A stretch of 64,000 bases of DNA from an uncultured Bacteroidales bacterium (GTDB lineage: Bacteria > Bacteroidota > Bacteroidia > Bacteroidales > UBA1402): NCBI GenBank assembly GCA_942493385.1, contig OW818699.1, positions 2,454,808-2,518,807 on the forward strand, written 5' to 3'. Below, one piece after another: positions 9,137 to 18,134 of this stretch (positions are counted from its first letter, which is position 1; each line of letters begins with the position of its first letter). The notes under the pieces were generated by a model, which was not told the origin of the DNA, searched no databases, and saw only the letters and a list, made by a program, of their open reading frames with translations. Made by a program: the position numbers and the translations under genes.

Positions 9137-12136
9137 ATGAACAAATTAATCGTGTTTTTCCGAAACAATACGATGGGGCAGATGATCATTTTCTGCCCTA
9201 TCTTGTTATTGCCTTTTCAGAACATATTCGCTCAAAACTATTTTCAGCAAGAAGTCAATTTTGAAATTCAGGTATGCCTGAATGATAAACTCCATGAATT
9301 GAATGCGTTTGAGACGGTTGAATACATCAATCGTTCACCAGATACTCTTGACTACCTGATTTTTCATTTGTGGCCAAACGGATATTCGAGTAATAAAACC
9401 GCATTGGCCAAACAATTGATGGAACAGAAAGGCAAATCGAAGTTGTTTGATGACAACGACTTAATGGGCTTCATCGATTCCTTGGACTTTAAAATCGACC
9501 AGCAGACTGTTCAGTGGGATTATTTGGACGGGCAACCCGACATCTGCAAAATCATGTTGATTCAACCCTTACATCCCGGTGACACCGCCCATATTACCAC
9601 ACCGTTTCGTGTAAAAATCCCCAAAGCTGTGACCTCGAGACTGGGGCATCTCGAAACGTCCTACCAAATATCACAATGGTATCCCAAGCCTGCCGTCTAC
9701 GATCGAAACGGTTGGCATCCAATGCCTTACCTCGATCAGGGTGAATATTATTCTGAATTTGGAAACTATGATGTTAGCATTACTTTGCCTGATAATTATA
9801 CCGTTGGTTCGACAGGCAACCTTCAAAGTGAAAAGGAAATAGAACGGCTGAACACGCTAGCCATGGATTCTGCATGGAAAAGCACCTACGACACGGCAGG
9901 ATACGAATTCCCAGCTTCTTCCATACATCAAAAAACATTGAGGTACACCGAAAATCAAATCCATGATTTTGCGTGGTTTGCCGACAAACGTTTCCATGTG
10001 ATGAAAGGTTTGGTGAAGCTCCCGGATTCAGGCAAAGAAATTACGACTTGGGTGCTGTGTACCAACAAACAGGCAAAACTGTGGAAAGACGCCATCCCAT
10101 ACGTCAATAATGCGATCCTTCGTTTTTCCAACTGGGTCGGTAACTATCCTTACAACAATTATACAGCTGTCCAGAGTACCTTGAATGCGGGTATCGGAAT
10201 GGAATACCCAGGTATTACGGTGATTGGCTGGGTGGACGACAGCACTGCATTGGATAAAGTCATTGCCCACGAGGCTGGTCATTCGTGGTTTTTTGGGGCA
10301 CTCGGATCGGATGAGCGAAGGTATCCGTTTATGGATGAAGGCATTACCAGTGCCTACGAAACGCGTTACATGACTGAACGTTATCCCAACAAAAAACTTT
10401 GGGAGATTTTTTTCGCAAACCCAAAACTGGGGAAACTTTTCTCCAGAACCATGCCGGCGGAACGAATCCACGAACTTCAATGGCTGATAGCAGCCCGAAA
10501 CAACCTGGAGCAACCCTTGGATTTGGCAGCAACCGACTATGGTTTTGCGAATTATGGCCTGATGATATACGATAAGGCTGGAATGGGTTTCAATTACCTC
10601 AGAGCGTATCTGGGTGATCCGCTTTTTGACACAACCATGCATGAATATTTTCGTGTCTGGCGATTCAAACATCCGCAACCGGACGATCTTCATCAATTGT
10701 TTGAATCGGTCACCGGCAAAGACTTGGATTGGTTTTTCAAAGACTTTATCCAAACCACCAAGCGGTTGGATTATCGAATCGTGCGCAGAGAGGGTCAGCA
10801 GTTGTTGGTCAGGAATGGTGGAGAGCTTGTTTCACCCATGGTCATTTGTGGATTAAGGCGTGACTCAATCACTTTTACGCAATGGGAGGAAGGCTTTAAG
10901 GGTGAAAAATGGATTGAACTTCCATCCATGAATTTCTCTGAAATCAAGATTGATCCCTTGCATCGAATGCCTGAAATTGCCAGGTTAAACAATAACATTC
11001 GAAGATTGGGCATCTCTCCGAAAGCAGATCCATTGTATCCACAATTCCTATTTTCCATCGAAGATCCCGACAAACGTACATTGCAGTTTATTCCAGCATT
11101 CAATTGGAGCAAGGAAGACGGCATCATGGCCGGAGCGGTTTTGCACAACGGTTTCTTTTTGCCCAAAATATTGGACTATGTTTTTACACCCTTTTATTCG
11201 TTTGACAACGGCAGTTTAACCGGTTACGGAAAGGTTTCCTACAACATCACACCTTTTGAAACTGTCGTACGGAAAGCCACTTTCTCGGTGGAAGGCACAC
11301 AATTTGGTGCACCAGGCAATCAGAACTATCTACGGGCAAAGGTTGGATTAGACGTCTATTTCAGATCAGATCTAAAAAGAAATGTTCCTAAGCATAAGGC
11401 CTTTGTGGCATACATCACGGCATCCGACCTTGCCCAAATCAATCTATCGCAGCAGGCAAAATTAAATTCGTATCTGCAGTTCGGTTATCAACTCGAAAAA
11501 ACTACGGTTGTCAATCCATTCAAGTTGATTACAATGTTTGAGGCCCATTCTTCGTTTCAAAAACTTACCTCAGAAATCAATTACAGATACAGCTATTTCG
11601 GTCAAAATAACGGCTTGGACATCCGCTTGTTTGCAGGTGGAATGCTTAAAACCAATGCCTTGGCTCCATTTTATTCCCTAGCCGCAAGTGGAAGAAGCGG
11701 GCGTGAACTCTATTTATTTGAGGGTTCGTACCCAGACCGTTTTGCAAGTACTTCGGGTAGTTTTTTAACCAGACAAATGACCCTTTCAGAAGGAGGTTTG
11801 GTATCTCCCATCAATGAACGCCTCGGTTTCAGCCGTTGGCTCGTTTCCCTTTCCATGACCAGCGATCTACCCGGAAAAATCGGATTTGTAGAGATCAAGC
11901 CCTTTGTAAATGCAGTATTGACCGATCACGGCATGGAAACTGGAAATCGTTCACCCTTCTTTTTCGAAGCTGGCCTGAAAACCGGCATCTGGAACCTCTT
12001 CGAAATCAGCGTTCCACTACTTGTCTCCTCCAACATCCAATCCATGACCGGCACCTTCAAAGACCGTATCCGCTTCACCTTCAACCTCGATTCCTTCACC
12101 TCCATGAAAATCAACTTGGCAGGACTGGGAAAATAG
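9137..12136 (+). CDS. M1-family (gluzincin) metallopeptidase fused to about 440-aa beta-rich C-terminal region
   Basis: HEAGH followed by E 19 residues after the second His (FMDEGITSAYE), and a GIGMEYPG exopeptidase-like motif. Start uncertain (ATG 9137 or 9173). N-terminal hydrophobic signal IIFCPILLLPFQNIFAQ. Confidence 0.8.
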   Translation: MNKLIVFFRNNTMGQMIIFCPILLLPFQNIFAQNYFQQEVNFEIQVCLNDKLHELNAFETVEYINRSPDTLDYLIFHLWPNGYSSNKTALAKQLMEQKGKSKLFDDNDLMGFIDSLDFKIDQQTVQWDYLDGQPDICKIMLIQPLHPGDTAHITTPFRVKIPKAVTSRLGHLETSYQISQWYPKPAVYDRNGWHPMPYLDQGEYYSEFGNYDVSITLPDNYTVGSTGNLQSEKEIERLNTLAMDSAWKSTYDTAGYEFPASSIHQKTLRYTENQIHDFAWFADKRFHVMKGLVKLPDSGKEITTWVLCTNKQAKLWKDAIPYVNNAILRFSNWVGNYPYNNYTAVQSTLNAGIGMEYPGITVIGWVDDSTALDKVIAHEAGHSWFFGALGSDERRYPFMDEGITSAYETRYMTERYPNKKLWEIFFANPKLGKLFSRTMPAERIHELQWLIAARNNLEQPLDLAATDYGFANYGLMIYDKAGMGFNYLRAYLGDPLFDTTMHEYFRVWRFKHPQPDDLHQLFESVTGKDLDWFFKDFIQTTKRLDYRIVRREGQQLLVRNGGELVSPMVICGLRRDSITFTQWEEGFKGEKWIELPSMNFSEIKIDPLHRMPEIARLNNNIRRLGISPKADPLYPQFLFSIEDPDKRTLQFIPAFNWSKEDGIMAGAVLHNGFFLPKILDYVFTPFYSFDNGSLTGYGKVSYNITPFETVVRKATFSVEGTQFGAPGNQNYLRAKVGLDVYFRSDLKRNVPKHKAFVAYITASDLAQINLSQQAKLNSYLQFGYQLEKTTVVNPFKLITMFEAHSSFQKLTSEINYRYSYFGQNNGLDIRLFAGGMLKTNALAPFYSLAASGRSGRELYLFEGSYPDRFASTSGSFLTRQMTLSEGGLVSPINERLGFSRWLVSLSMTSDLPGKIGFVEIKPFVNAVLTDHGMETGNRSPFFFEAGLKTGIWNLFEISVPLLVSSNIQSMTGTFKDRIRFTFNLDSFTSMKINLAGLGK

Positions 12137-12154
12137 TTTCTTGAAATTTTAAAG

Positions 12155-12907
12155 TCATGGAAATTTTAATACATAACTTTTAGAAACGGGTTCATTCCAT
12201 GCTACCGAAAAAGTATCATGAACCAAATAGTGTAGATCTTTGGTTTCATATTGCATGATGAAGCAATCGGTAACCATTACTCCGGGTGTTATAATCCAAC
12301 TTTCGCTTCCAAATGTTCGTACATATGCATCGACGTAATATCGATTGGCATTATAATTATCGTTATAAACTCGAAACGGACATACATCTTTCAACAAACT
12401 AGTATCTGGGTAAATACGATAAAAATAACTGATAAGTTTTTTTATGGTGTCGGTGATCGTATTGGTATATCGAAGTGTAATTTTCGTCCTTTGATTCATG
12501 TACAGCTCAAGGTTATACAGCGTGTCGAGTTCGGAAAAATGATCGATGGTCATGTTTTTTCCGAAATACATGTCTTTTGTTATATCAATGTAGTAGGTAA
12601 AATTGGCATCCATGCTGTCGAGCGGAAGTTTAAAATCGAAGTACCCATCCTCATCTGTTAAGGTAGAACCGATGACTTCCGTGAAACAAACCCAACACAT
12701 GGGATCGGAAGGAGAGGAGCGATCAAGCGTTACTTCAAATTTTGCATTCGCCAATCCTTTCTTTGAATGGGCATCCATCAATCTGCCTTTTAATTGGGTA
12801 TATTTCCCGTGGCAAACGTTTAATCGAACCTTTGTGCCACTCTCATCAAAAAGTTGACAGGCGAATAAAAAACAAAACACTGGGAGGCACCAAAGAATCC
12901 GTTTCAT
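12155..12907 (-). CDS. Hypothetical lipoprotein
   Basis: MKRILWCLPVFCFLFAC lipobox-like signal. The N-terminal part resembles a carboxypeptidase-regulatory-like beta sandwich (KGRLMDAHSKKGLANAKFEVTL ... DEDGYFDFKLP). No catalytic motif seen. Confidence 0.55.
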   Translation of the reverse strand: MKRILWCLPVFCFLFACQLFDESGTKVRLNVCHGKYTQLKGRLMDAHSKKGLANAKFEVTLDRSSPSDPMCWVCFTEVIGSTLTDEDGYFDFKLPLDSMDANFTYYIDITKDMYFGKNMTIDHFSELDTLYNLELYMNQRTKITLRYTNTITDTIKKLISYFYRIYPDTSLLKDVCPFRVYNDNYNANRYYVDAYVRTFGSESWIITPGVMVTDCFIMQYETKDLHYLVHDTFSVAWNEPVSKSYVLKFP

Positions 12908-13078
12908 ACCCATTCATTTTCCCACAATAATATGATGTTTTTTTCATAAAACAATAAACCCCTGCAATTATTTCATTAAATGGATTGTTATCTAATGAGT
13001 TGGTTGATTTAAAAACATATATACATGAATTCGACTAACAAAAAGAGGGTGTCTCACAAGTAAACTAACCCCAAAGCA

Positions 13079-14314
13079 CTAAAAACTGTATGAAACCAGA
13101 ATGTTGCTGCTCCGAGTTTCAGACCCAAGGATAATATAAGGCGACATGCCTCCACCAAAAGCATATCGTGTTTCTAAAGTGAAGTGTTTGTAAATAATAC
13201 CAGCTCCGAATAAGAATCCCATTTCAAAGCGATAGATGTCATTCAAAGCCTTACCGTTTTCGTTCCAGTCTGAATTGTTTTTGGATATGCGTTCCTGATC
13301 ATTTATTTCATGTAGTATATTTCCCATCGAAAAACCTCCATTTACAAACAAAACCCCATTTTGTAGGAGTATTCGGTACCTTAAGAGGTTGTTCAGCTTT
13401 AGATAACCAAAATCGATGTTGGTATTGAATATACGACTGCCATCATCGTAACTACCACCGAACTTGTACGTCGCATACAAAAGTTCACTGCATATCGACC
13501 ACCGACCACGATTTCTCGGCTCCACAAATTCGACAAAAATCCCCGGTGTAAAGGATAATCCTGGTGAATACGTTGGTAAAACCAATTCTGGAAATTCAGT
13601 TCCGGTGAAATGAATGGAATTGATGCTTGCTCCTGCAATCAACCCATAGTTTACTTTGAACTTTATCTTTTTAATTTGGTTAAACTTGGTCGGCCTGACA
13701 AGCTTGTTGTAGGCATTGAAAAGTGCGGTCAGATTGTATCTGGTATACTGAACTCCTTCAATGGTTTTCTTCAATTCTGGTCGGTCGCTCATGTAGTAAA
13801 TTAACTGACCAACGTATTTTTTATACTCCCTAACGCTATTCACATCGTTAATATCATTATGATATAGCTTGTATCCCAATAGTTGGTAGGTAGTGTCAAT
13901 TTTTAAATAGAATAAATCGTCCGTATTGGAGTCCTTGTAATAGTAAAGACTTTTCTCTCCTATGACAAGAGCCCTCAGAAATACTGATTTTCTCTTTAAT
14001 TGCAATGCTGGATCATAGCTAATTGACTCATTCAACCGGGAACTATTTTCAATTTCAGCCTCTGTGCCTACATAGACATCACCATCGACCTGAAACATTT
14101 TGACATCTGTAGGTTGGTAAACGAGCACTTTGTCACCCTGCTTTTTGCAAAATCGGATGGACTCAGGGCTAAATTCCCAGTTTTGATAATCAACCATTCC
14201 AGTGAGGGTGTCACCGACTGAAGTCACAACCACGCCCGGTATGAAATTTTCTATAGCCTGAATTAAGTTGGAAACAGTCAGCAATAGTAATAAAGTAAAA
14301 ATTCGGTGTGTCAT
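13079..14314 (-). CDS. Outer-membrane beta-barrel protein of unknown function (paralog of 6465..7637)
   Basis: Signal peptide. C-terminus GGGMSPYIILGSETRSSNILVSYSF. Same three-part layout as paralog A. Confidence 0.7.
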   Translation of the reverse strand: MTHRIFTLLLLLTVSNLIQAIENFIPGVVVTSVGDTLTGMVDYQNWEFSPESIRFCKKQGDKVLVYQPTDVKMFQVDGDVYVGTEAEIENSSRLNESISYDPALQLKRKSVFLRALVIGEKSLYYYKDSNTDDLFYLKIDTTYQLLGYKLYHNDINDVNSVREYKKYVGQLIYYMSDRPELKKTIEGVQYTRYNLTALFNAYNKLVRPTKFNQIKKIKFKVNYGLIAGASINSIHFTGTEFPELVLPTYSPGLSFTPGIFVEFVEPRNRGRWSICSELLYATYKFGGSYDDGSRIFNTNIDFGYLKLNNLLRYRILLQNGVLFVNGGFSMGNILHEINDQERISKNNSDWNENGKALNDIYRFEMGFLFGAGIIYKHFTLETRYAFGGGMSPYIILGSETRSSNILVSYSF

Positions 14315-14339
14315 TTATTAACTATTAAATTCAATACGT

Positions 14340-14347
14340 CAAATTTA
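14340..14347 (-). promoter_or_regulatory. -7 box TAAATTTG for OM paralog B
   Basis: Plus strand reads CAAATTTA. 26 nt upstream of ATG 14314. Confidence 0.5.
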
Positions 14348-14370
14348 GCAATTAATAAAGAATAATTTCC

Positions 14371-14414
14371 AAAAAAAAGTGAACCCCAAAAGATTTCTTT
14401 CTTCAGGGGTTCAC
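14371..14414 (-). terminator. Rho-independent terminator of the NifU-like/GGGtGRT operon
   Basis: 9-bp stem GTGAACCCC (14379-14387) / GGGGTTCAC (14406-14414). The A8 run at 14371-14378 is a U8 tract on the minus-strand transcript. Confidence 0.75.
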
Positions 14415-14440
14415 TTCTAAATTGCACTGAATGAAGTTTC

Positions 14441-14545
14441 AATAGAGTGCCAAGGTCAAGGCACTTTTTGACAGACACCCCGGAGCGTACTTAAGGTACG
14501 TGAGGAGTGGCTGGCGAAAAGTAACGCAGAGATTGGTGCTCTATT
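14441..14545 (+). repeat. Structured palindromic intergenic repeat, copy A (about 105 nt)
   Basis: AATAGAGTG...GCTCTATT terminal inverted repeats, long imperfect hairpin, conserved core CCCGGAGCGTAC-loop-GTACGTGAGGAG. Second copy at 18135-18238 in reverse orientation. Overlaps the stop codon of the GGGtGRT gene. Confidence 0.85.
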
Positions 14546-15545
14546 GAGACTTCGATGATTCCTCGATTGCGACTGCTACTGCAACAGTAGCACCAACCAT
14601 CGGATTGTTACCCATTCCAAGGAATCCCATCATTTCCACGTGAGCGGGAACTGACGAAGAACCTGCGAATTGAGCATCGCTGTGCATGCGGCCCATGGTG
14701 TCGGTCATGCCGTAAGAGGCGGGACCTGCTGCCATGTTGTCGGGGTGAAGAGTACGACCCGTACCGCCACCGGAAGCAACAGAGAAATACTTCTTGCCTT
14801 GTTCGTAGCATTCCTTCTTGTAGGTGCCTGCAACAGGGTGCTGGAAGCGGGTGGGGTTGGTGGAGTTACCCGTGATGGATACGTCGACACCTTCCTTGTG
14901 CATTACTGCAACGCCTTCGCGAACATCGTCGCAACCGTAGCATTTCACTTTGGCGCGGAGACCTGTGGAGTAGGGGATTTCTTTCACTACAGCCAAGTCA
15001 CTGGTGTAGTAGTCGAACTGCGTTTGAACGTAGGTGAAGCCGTTGATGCGGGAAATGATCATAGCGGCGTCCTTGCCCAGACCATTCAGGATAACGCGCA
15101 AAGGTTCTTTGCGAACTTTATTGGCTTTTTCGGCGATCTTGATGGCGCCTTCAGCAGCGGCAAAAGACTCGTGACCAGCCAGGAAAGCGAAGCATTTGGT
15201 TTCTTCGCGGAGCAGCATGGCGGCGAGGTTACCGTGACCGATACCAACCTTGCGGTCGTCGGCTACCGAACCCTTGATGCAGAATGCCTGCAGACCGATA
15301 CCAATGGCTTCAGCAGCCAGTGCAGCATTGGTGATGCCTTTCTTGATGGCGATGGCAGCACCCATCACGTAAGCCCATTTCGCGTTTTCGAATGCGATGG
15401 CTTGGGTTTCTTCACAAATTTTGTAAGGGTCGATGCCCTTGGCGTCGCAAATGGATTTTGCTTCTTCCAGACTGGAAATTCCGTACTGGTTCAATACCGC
15501 GTTGATCGTTTCGATTCTGCGGTCGTAGCTTTCAAATAATGCCAT
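14541..15545 (-). CDS. GGGtGRT-family protein (conserved, function unknown)
   Basis: Name-giving motif SGGGTGRTLHPDN is encoded at 14751-14771. 334 aa, the usual size for the family. Paired with a NifU/IscU-like gene, as I recall for other anaerobes. Confidence 0.85.
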   Translation of the reverse strand: MALFESYDRRIETINAVLNQYGISSLEEAKSICDAKGIDPYKICEETQAIAFENAKWAYVMGAAIAIKKGITNAALAAEAIGIGLQAFCIKGSVADDRKVGIGHGNLAAMLLREETKCFAFLAGHESFAAAEGAIKIAEKANKVRKEPLRVILNGLGKDAAMIISRINGFTYVQTQFDYYTSDLAVVKEIPYSTGLRAKVKCYGCDDVREGVAVMHKEGVDVSITGNSTNPTRFQHPVAGTYKKECYEQGKKYFSVASGGGTGRTLHPDNMAAGPASYGMTDTMGRMHSDAQFAGSSSVPAHVEMMGFLGMGNNPMVGATVAVAVAIEESSKSQ

Positions 15546-15563
15546 TGTATGTTTCCTCCTATA

Positions 15564-16256
15564 TTATTCGTGACGCGGGTCGATGTATTTAACTCCTTCG
15601 GCAAAGCGACCATAACTGGAGGTTGCTTTCTTCAATGCTTCGTTTGCATCGACGCCTTTCTTGATAGAATCCATGAATTTGCCCAAGTGGACGAATTCAT
15701 AACCGATGACGAGGTCGTCAGCGTCCAGGGCCATGCGAGAGCAATAGCCTTCGGCCATTTCGAGGTAACGAACCCCTTTGGCCATTGTGCCGTACATGGT
15801 ACCAACCTGACTGCGAAGGCCTTTGCCAAGGTCTTCCAAGCCTGCGCCGATGGGCAAACCACCTTCGGAGAATGCGGATTGGGTACGTCCGTAGACGATT
15901 TGCAAGAACAATTCGCGCATGGCCGTATTGATGGCGTCGCAAACGAGGTCGGTGTTCAGTGCTTCCAAAATGGTTTTGCCGGGAAGGATTTCAGAAGCCA
16001 TCGCTGCTGAATGGGTCATTCCAGAGCAACCGATGGTTTCGACCAAAGCTTCTTGAATGATGCCGTCCTTCACGTTGAGGGTAAGCTTGCAGGCACCCTG
16101 TTGAGGGGCGCACCAGCCAACTCCGTGTGTGAGACCGGAGATGTCTGACACTTCTTTGGCTCTTACCCACTTTCCTTCTTCAGGAATCGGAGCACTCGCA
16201 TGATTGGCTCCTTTTTGTACGCAACACATCTGTTGCACTTCGTGTGAATAAATCAT
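15564..16256 (-). CDS. NifU/IscU N-terminal-like Fe-S scaffold-like protein
   Basis: Cys-containing motifs GVGWCAPQQGACKL and ETIGCSGMTHSAAMAS resemble the IscU GCGSAIASSS segment. 18 nt upstream of the GGGtGRT gene (operon). Confidence 0.7.
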   Translation of the reverse strand: MIYSHEVQQMCCVQKGANHASAPIPEEGKWVRAKEVSDISGLTHGVGWCAPQQGACKLTLNVKDGIIQEALVETIGCSGMTHSAAMASEILPGKTILEALNTDLVCDAINTAMRELFLQIVYGRTQSAFSEGGLPIGAGLEDLGKGLRSQVGTMYGTMAKGVRYLEMAEGYCSRMALDADDLVIGYEFVHLGKFMDSIKKGVDANEALKKATSSYGRFAEGVKYIDPRHE

Positions 16257-16353
16257 TTTTCTAGATTTTGTGTGAGAGATTGTATATTATCCTAAATAAC
16301 TCCTTGATTGATTGCAGATTAACACATGAATGAAGCCTTATTGAAAAGCATTG

Positions 16354-16361
16354 CAAAATTA
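16354..16361 (-). promoter_or_regulatory. -7 box TAATTTTG for the NifU-like/GGGtGRT operon
   Basis: Plus strand reads CAAAATTA; extended minus-strand form TAATTTTGCAA. 98 nt upstream of ATG 16256, implying a long 5' UTR. Confidence 0.4.
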
Positions 16362-16484
16362 CTAAAAAAAGGACAATTCTGCAAGCCATTTTGTTTGAGT
16401 ATTTGAAAAAAATTGACGAAATTTGCACCGTTTTTAAGGAAAACACCAAACAAACATTCAACCAATCAATTATACGATTACACT

Positions 16485-18128
16485 ATGACAAAAAGTGCCT
16501 TGCAGATAGCGCGCGCCGCCTATCAGCCGAAAATGCCCCAAGCTTTGACCGGCTTCGTAAAAATGAAAGAAGGAGCAGCCACCCAATCTGTTGCCGACCA
16601 AGATGCCATTAAAGAGTTGTTTCCAAACACCTACGGAATGCCTTTGGTTTCGTTTGAACCAAGTGATGCAGCCACCCACTTTGATCCCATCAATGTTGGT
16701 GTGATTCTTTCTGGCGGACAAGCCCCAGGCGGCCACAACGTCATTGCCGGAATTTTCGACGGCATCAAGCATTTGAACAAGGCTTCCAAGCTGTACGGTT
16801 TCATCTTGGGTCCTGGTGGCCTGGTGGATCACAACTATATGGAATTGACTGCTGACATCATCGATGAATACCGCAACACAGGTGGTTTCGACATCATCGG
16901 CTCAGGCCGCACCAAACTGGAAACTCACGAACAGTTCGACAAAGGACTGGTAATCTTGAAAGCGCTGGATATCAAGGCACTGGTTGTAATCGGTGGTGAT
17001 GATTCAAATACAAATGCTTGTGTATTAGCCGAATACTATGCCAATATTAAAGCAGGGGTTCAGGTTATTGGTTGCCCCAAAACCATCGACGGCGACCTCA
17101 AGAACAGCATGATTGAAGCTTCTTTCGGTTTCGACACCGCTTGTAAAGTCTATTCCGAAGTCATCGGCAATATTCAACGTGACTGCAATTCAGCCCGTAA
17201 ATACTGGCACTTCATCAAACTGATGGGCCGTTCCGCATCGCACATCGCATTGGAATGCGCCTTGCAGGTTCAACCCAACTATTGCATCATTTCCGAAGAA
17301 GTGGAAGCGCTCAACCTGACACTGGACGATGTCGTCACCAACATTGCAAAAGCCGTCGCTCAACGTGCCGAACAAGGCAACAACTTCGGCACCGTCTTGA
17401 TTCCCGAAGGTTTGGTCGAATTCATACCTTCCATCAAAAAGCTGATTTCCGAACTGAACGACTTCTTGGCAACACATCAGGAAGAATTCAACCTGATCCG
17501 TCACTCCGAAAAGCGCAACTACATCATCAAGTTGATCAGCAAGGAAAACTCCGATATTTATGCTTCACTGCCCGAAGGCGTTGCCCGTCAGCTGACGTTG
17601 GACCGTGACCCACACGGCAATGTTCAGGTGTCGCTCATCGAAACGGAAAAGATGTTGGCCGAAATGGTAGATACCAAACTGAAAGAATGGAAGAAGGAAG
17701 GCAAATTCATTGGCAAGTTTGCTTCTCAAGTACATTTCTTCGGCTACGAAGGACGCTGTGCCGCACCATCCAACTACGATGCAGACTATTGCTACTCACT
17801 GGGTTACACGGCTGCTCAACTCATCGCTTCCGGCAAGACTGGTTACATGTCATCTGTACGCAACACGACTGCCCCAGCTTCTGAATGGATTTCTGGCGGG
17901 GTACCCATCACCATGATGATGAATATGGAACGTCGCCACGGTGAAATGAAGCCTGTTATTCAAAAGGCTTTGGTTGAATTGGACGGCAAGCCGTTCAAGG
18001 CGTTCGCAGCCAAGCGTGCCGCATGGGCCATCCATACGGATTATGTGTATCCGGGACCGATTCAGTACTTTGGTCCGACGGAAGTTTGCGATCAGCCCTC
18101 GAAAACCCTAGTCCTCGAACAAAAGTGA
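16485..18128 (+). CDS. pfp: Pyrophosphate-dependent 6-phosphofructokinase
   Basis: Long-form PFK (547 aa). Motifs GVILSGGQAPGGHNVI, VVIGGDDSNTNA, GCPKTIDGDLKN. Start set at MTKSALQIARAAYQPK (ATG 16485). Confidence 0.9.
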   Translation: MTKSALQIARAAYQPKMPQALTGFVKMKEGAATQSVADQDAIKELFPNTYGMPLVSFEPSDAATHFDPINVGVILSGGQAPGGHNVIAGIFDGIKHLNKASKLYGFILGPGGLVDHNYMELTADIIDEYRNTGGFDIIGSGRTKLETHEQFDKGLVILKALDIKALVVIGGDDSNTNACVLAEYYANIKAGVQVIGCPKTIDGDLKNSMIEASFGFDTACKVYSEVIGNIQRDCNSARKYWHFIKLMGRSASHIALECALQVQPNYCIISEEVEALNLTLDDVVTNIAKAVAQRAEQGNNFGTVLIPEGLVEFIPSIKKLISELNDFLATHQEEFNLIRHSEKRNYIIKLISKENSDIYASLPEGVARQLTLDRDPHGNVQVSLIETEKMLAEMVDTKLKEWKKEGKFIGKFASQVHFFGYEGRCAAPSNYDADYCYSLGYTAAQLIASGKTGYMSSVRNTTAPASEWISGGVPITMMMNMERRHGEMKPVIQKALVELDGKPFKAFAAKRAAWAIHTDYVYPGPIQYFGPTEVCDQPSKTLVLEQK

Positions 18129-18134
18129 TTTCCA

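Noticed and set aside
10028-10753. Long antisense or out-of-frame ORFs inside confirmed genes. Examples: 10028-10753 (-), 2787-3542 (-), 31642-32337 (-), 34554-35312 (-), 45292-45897 (+), 60702-61193 (-), 63417-63893 (-), 48982-49416 (-), 52764-53279 (-).
   Set aside because: Each is fully embedded in a motif-supported CDS on the other strand or frame and has no recognisable motifs. They are treated as shadow ORFs.
14670-15539. A 289-aa plus-strand ORF (and 15549-16010, 153 aa) antisense to the GGGtGRT and NifU-like genes.
   Set aside because: Low-complexity Gly/Val/Ala-rich translation with no motifs. It fully overlaps strongly motif-supported genes on the other strand. It is a typical shadow ORF of codon-biased genes.
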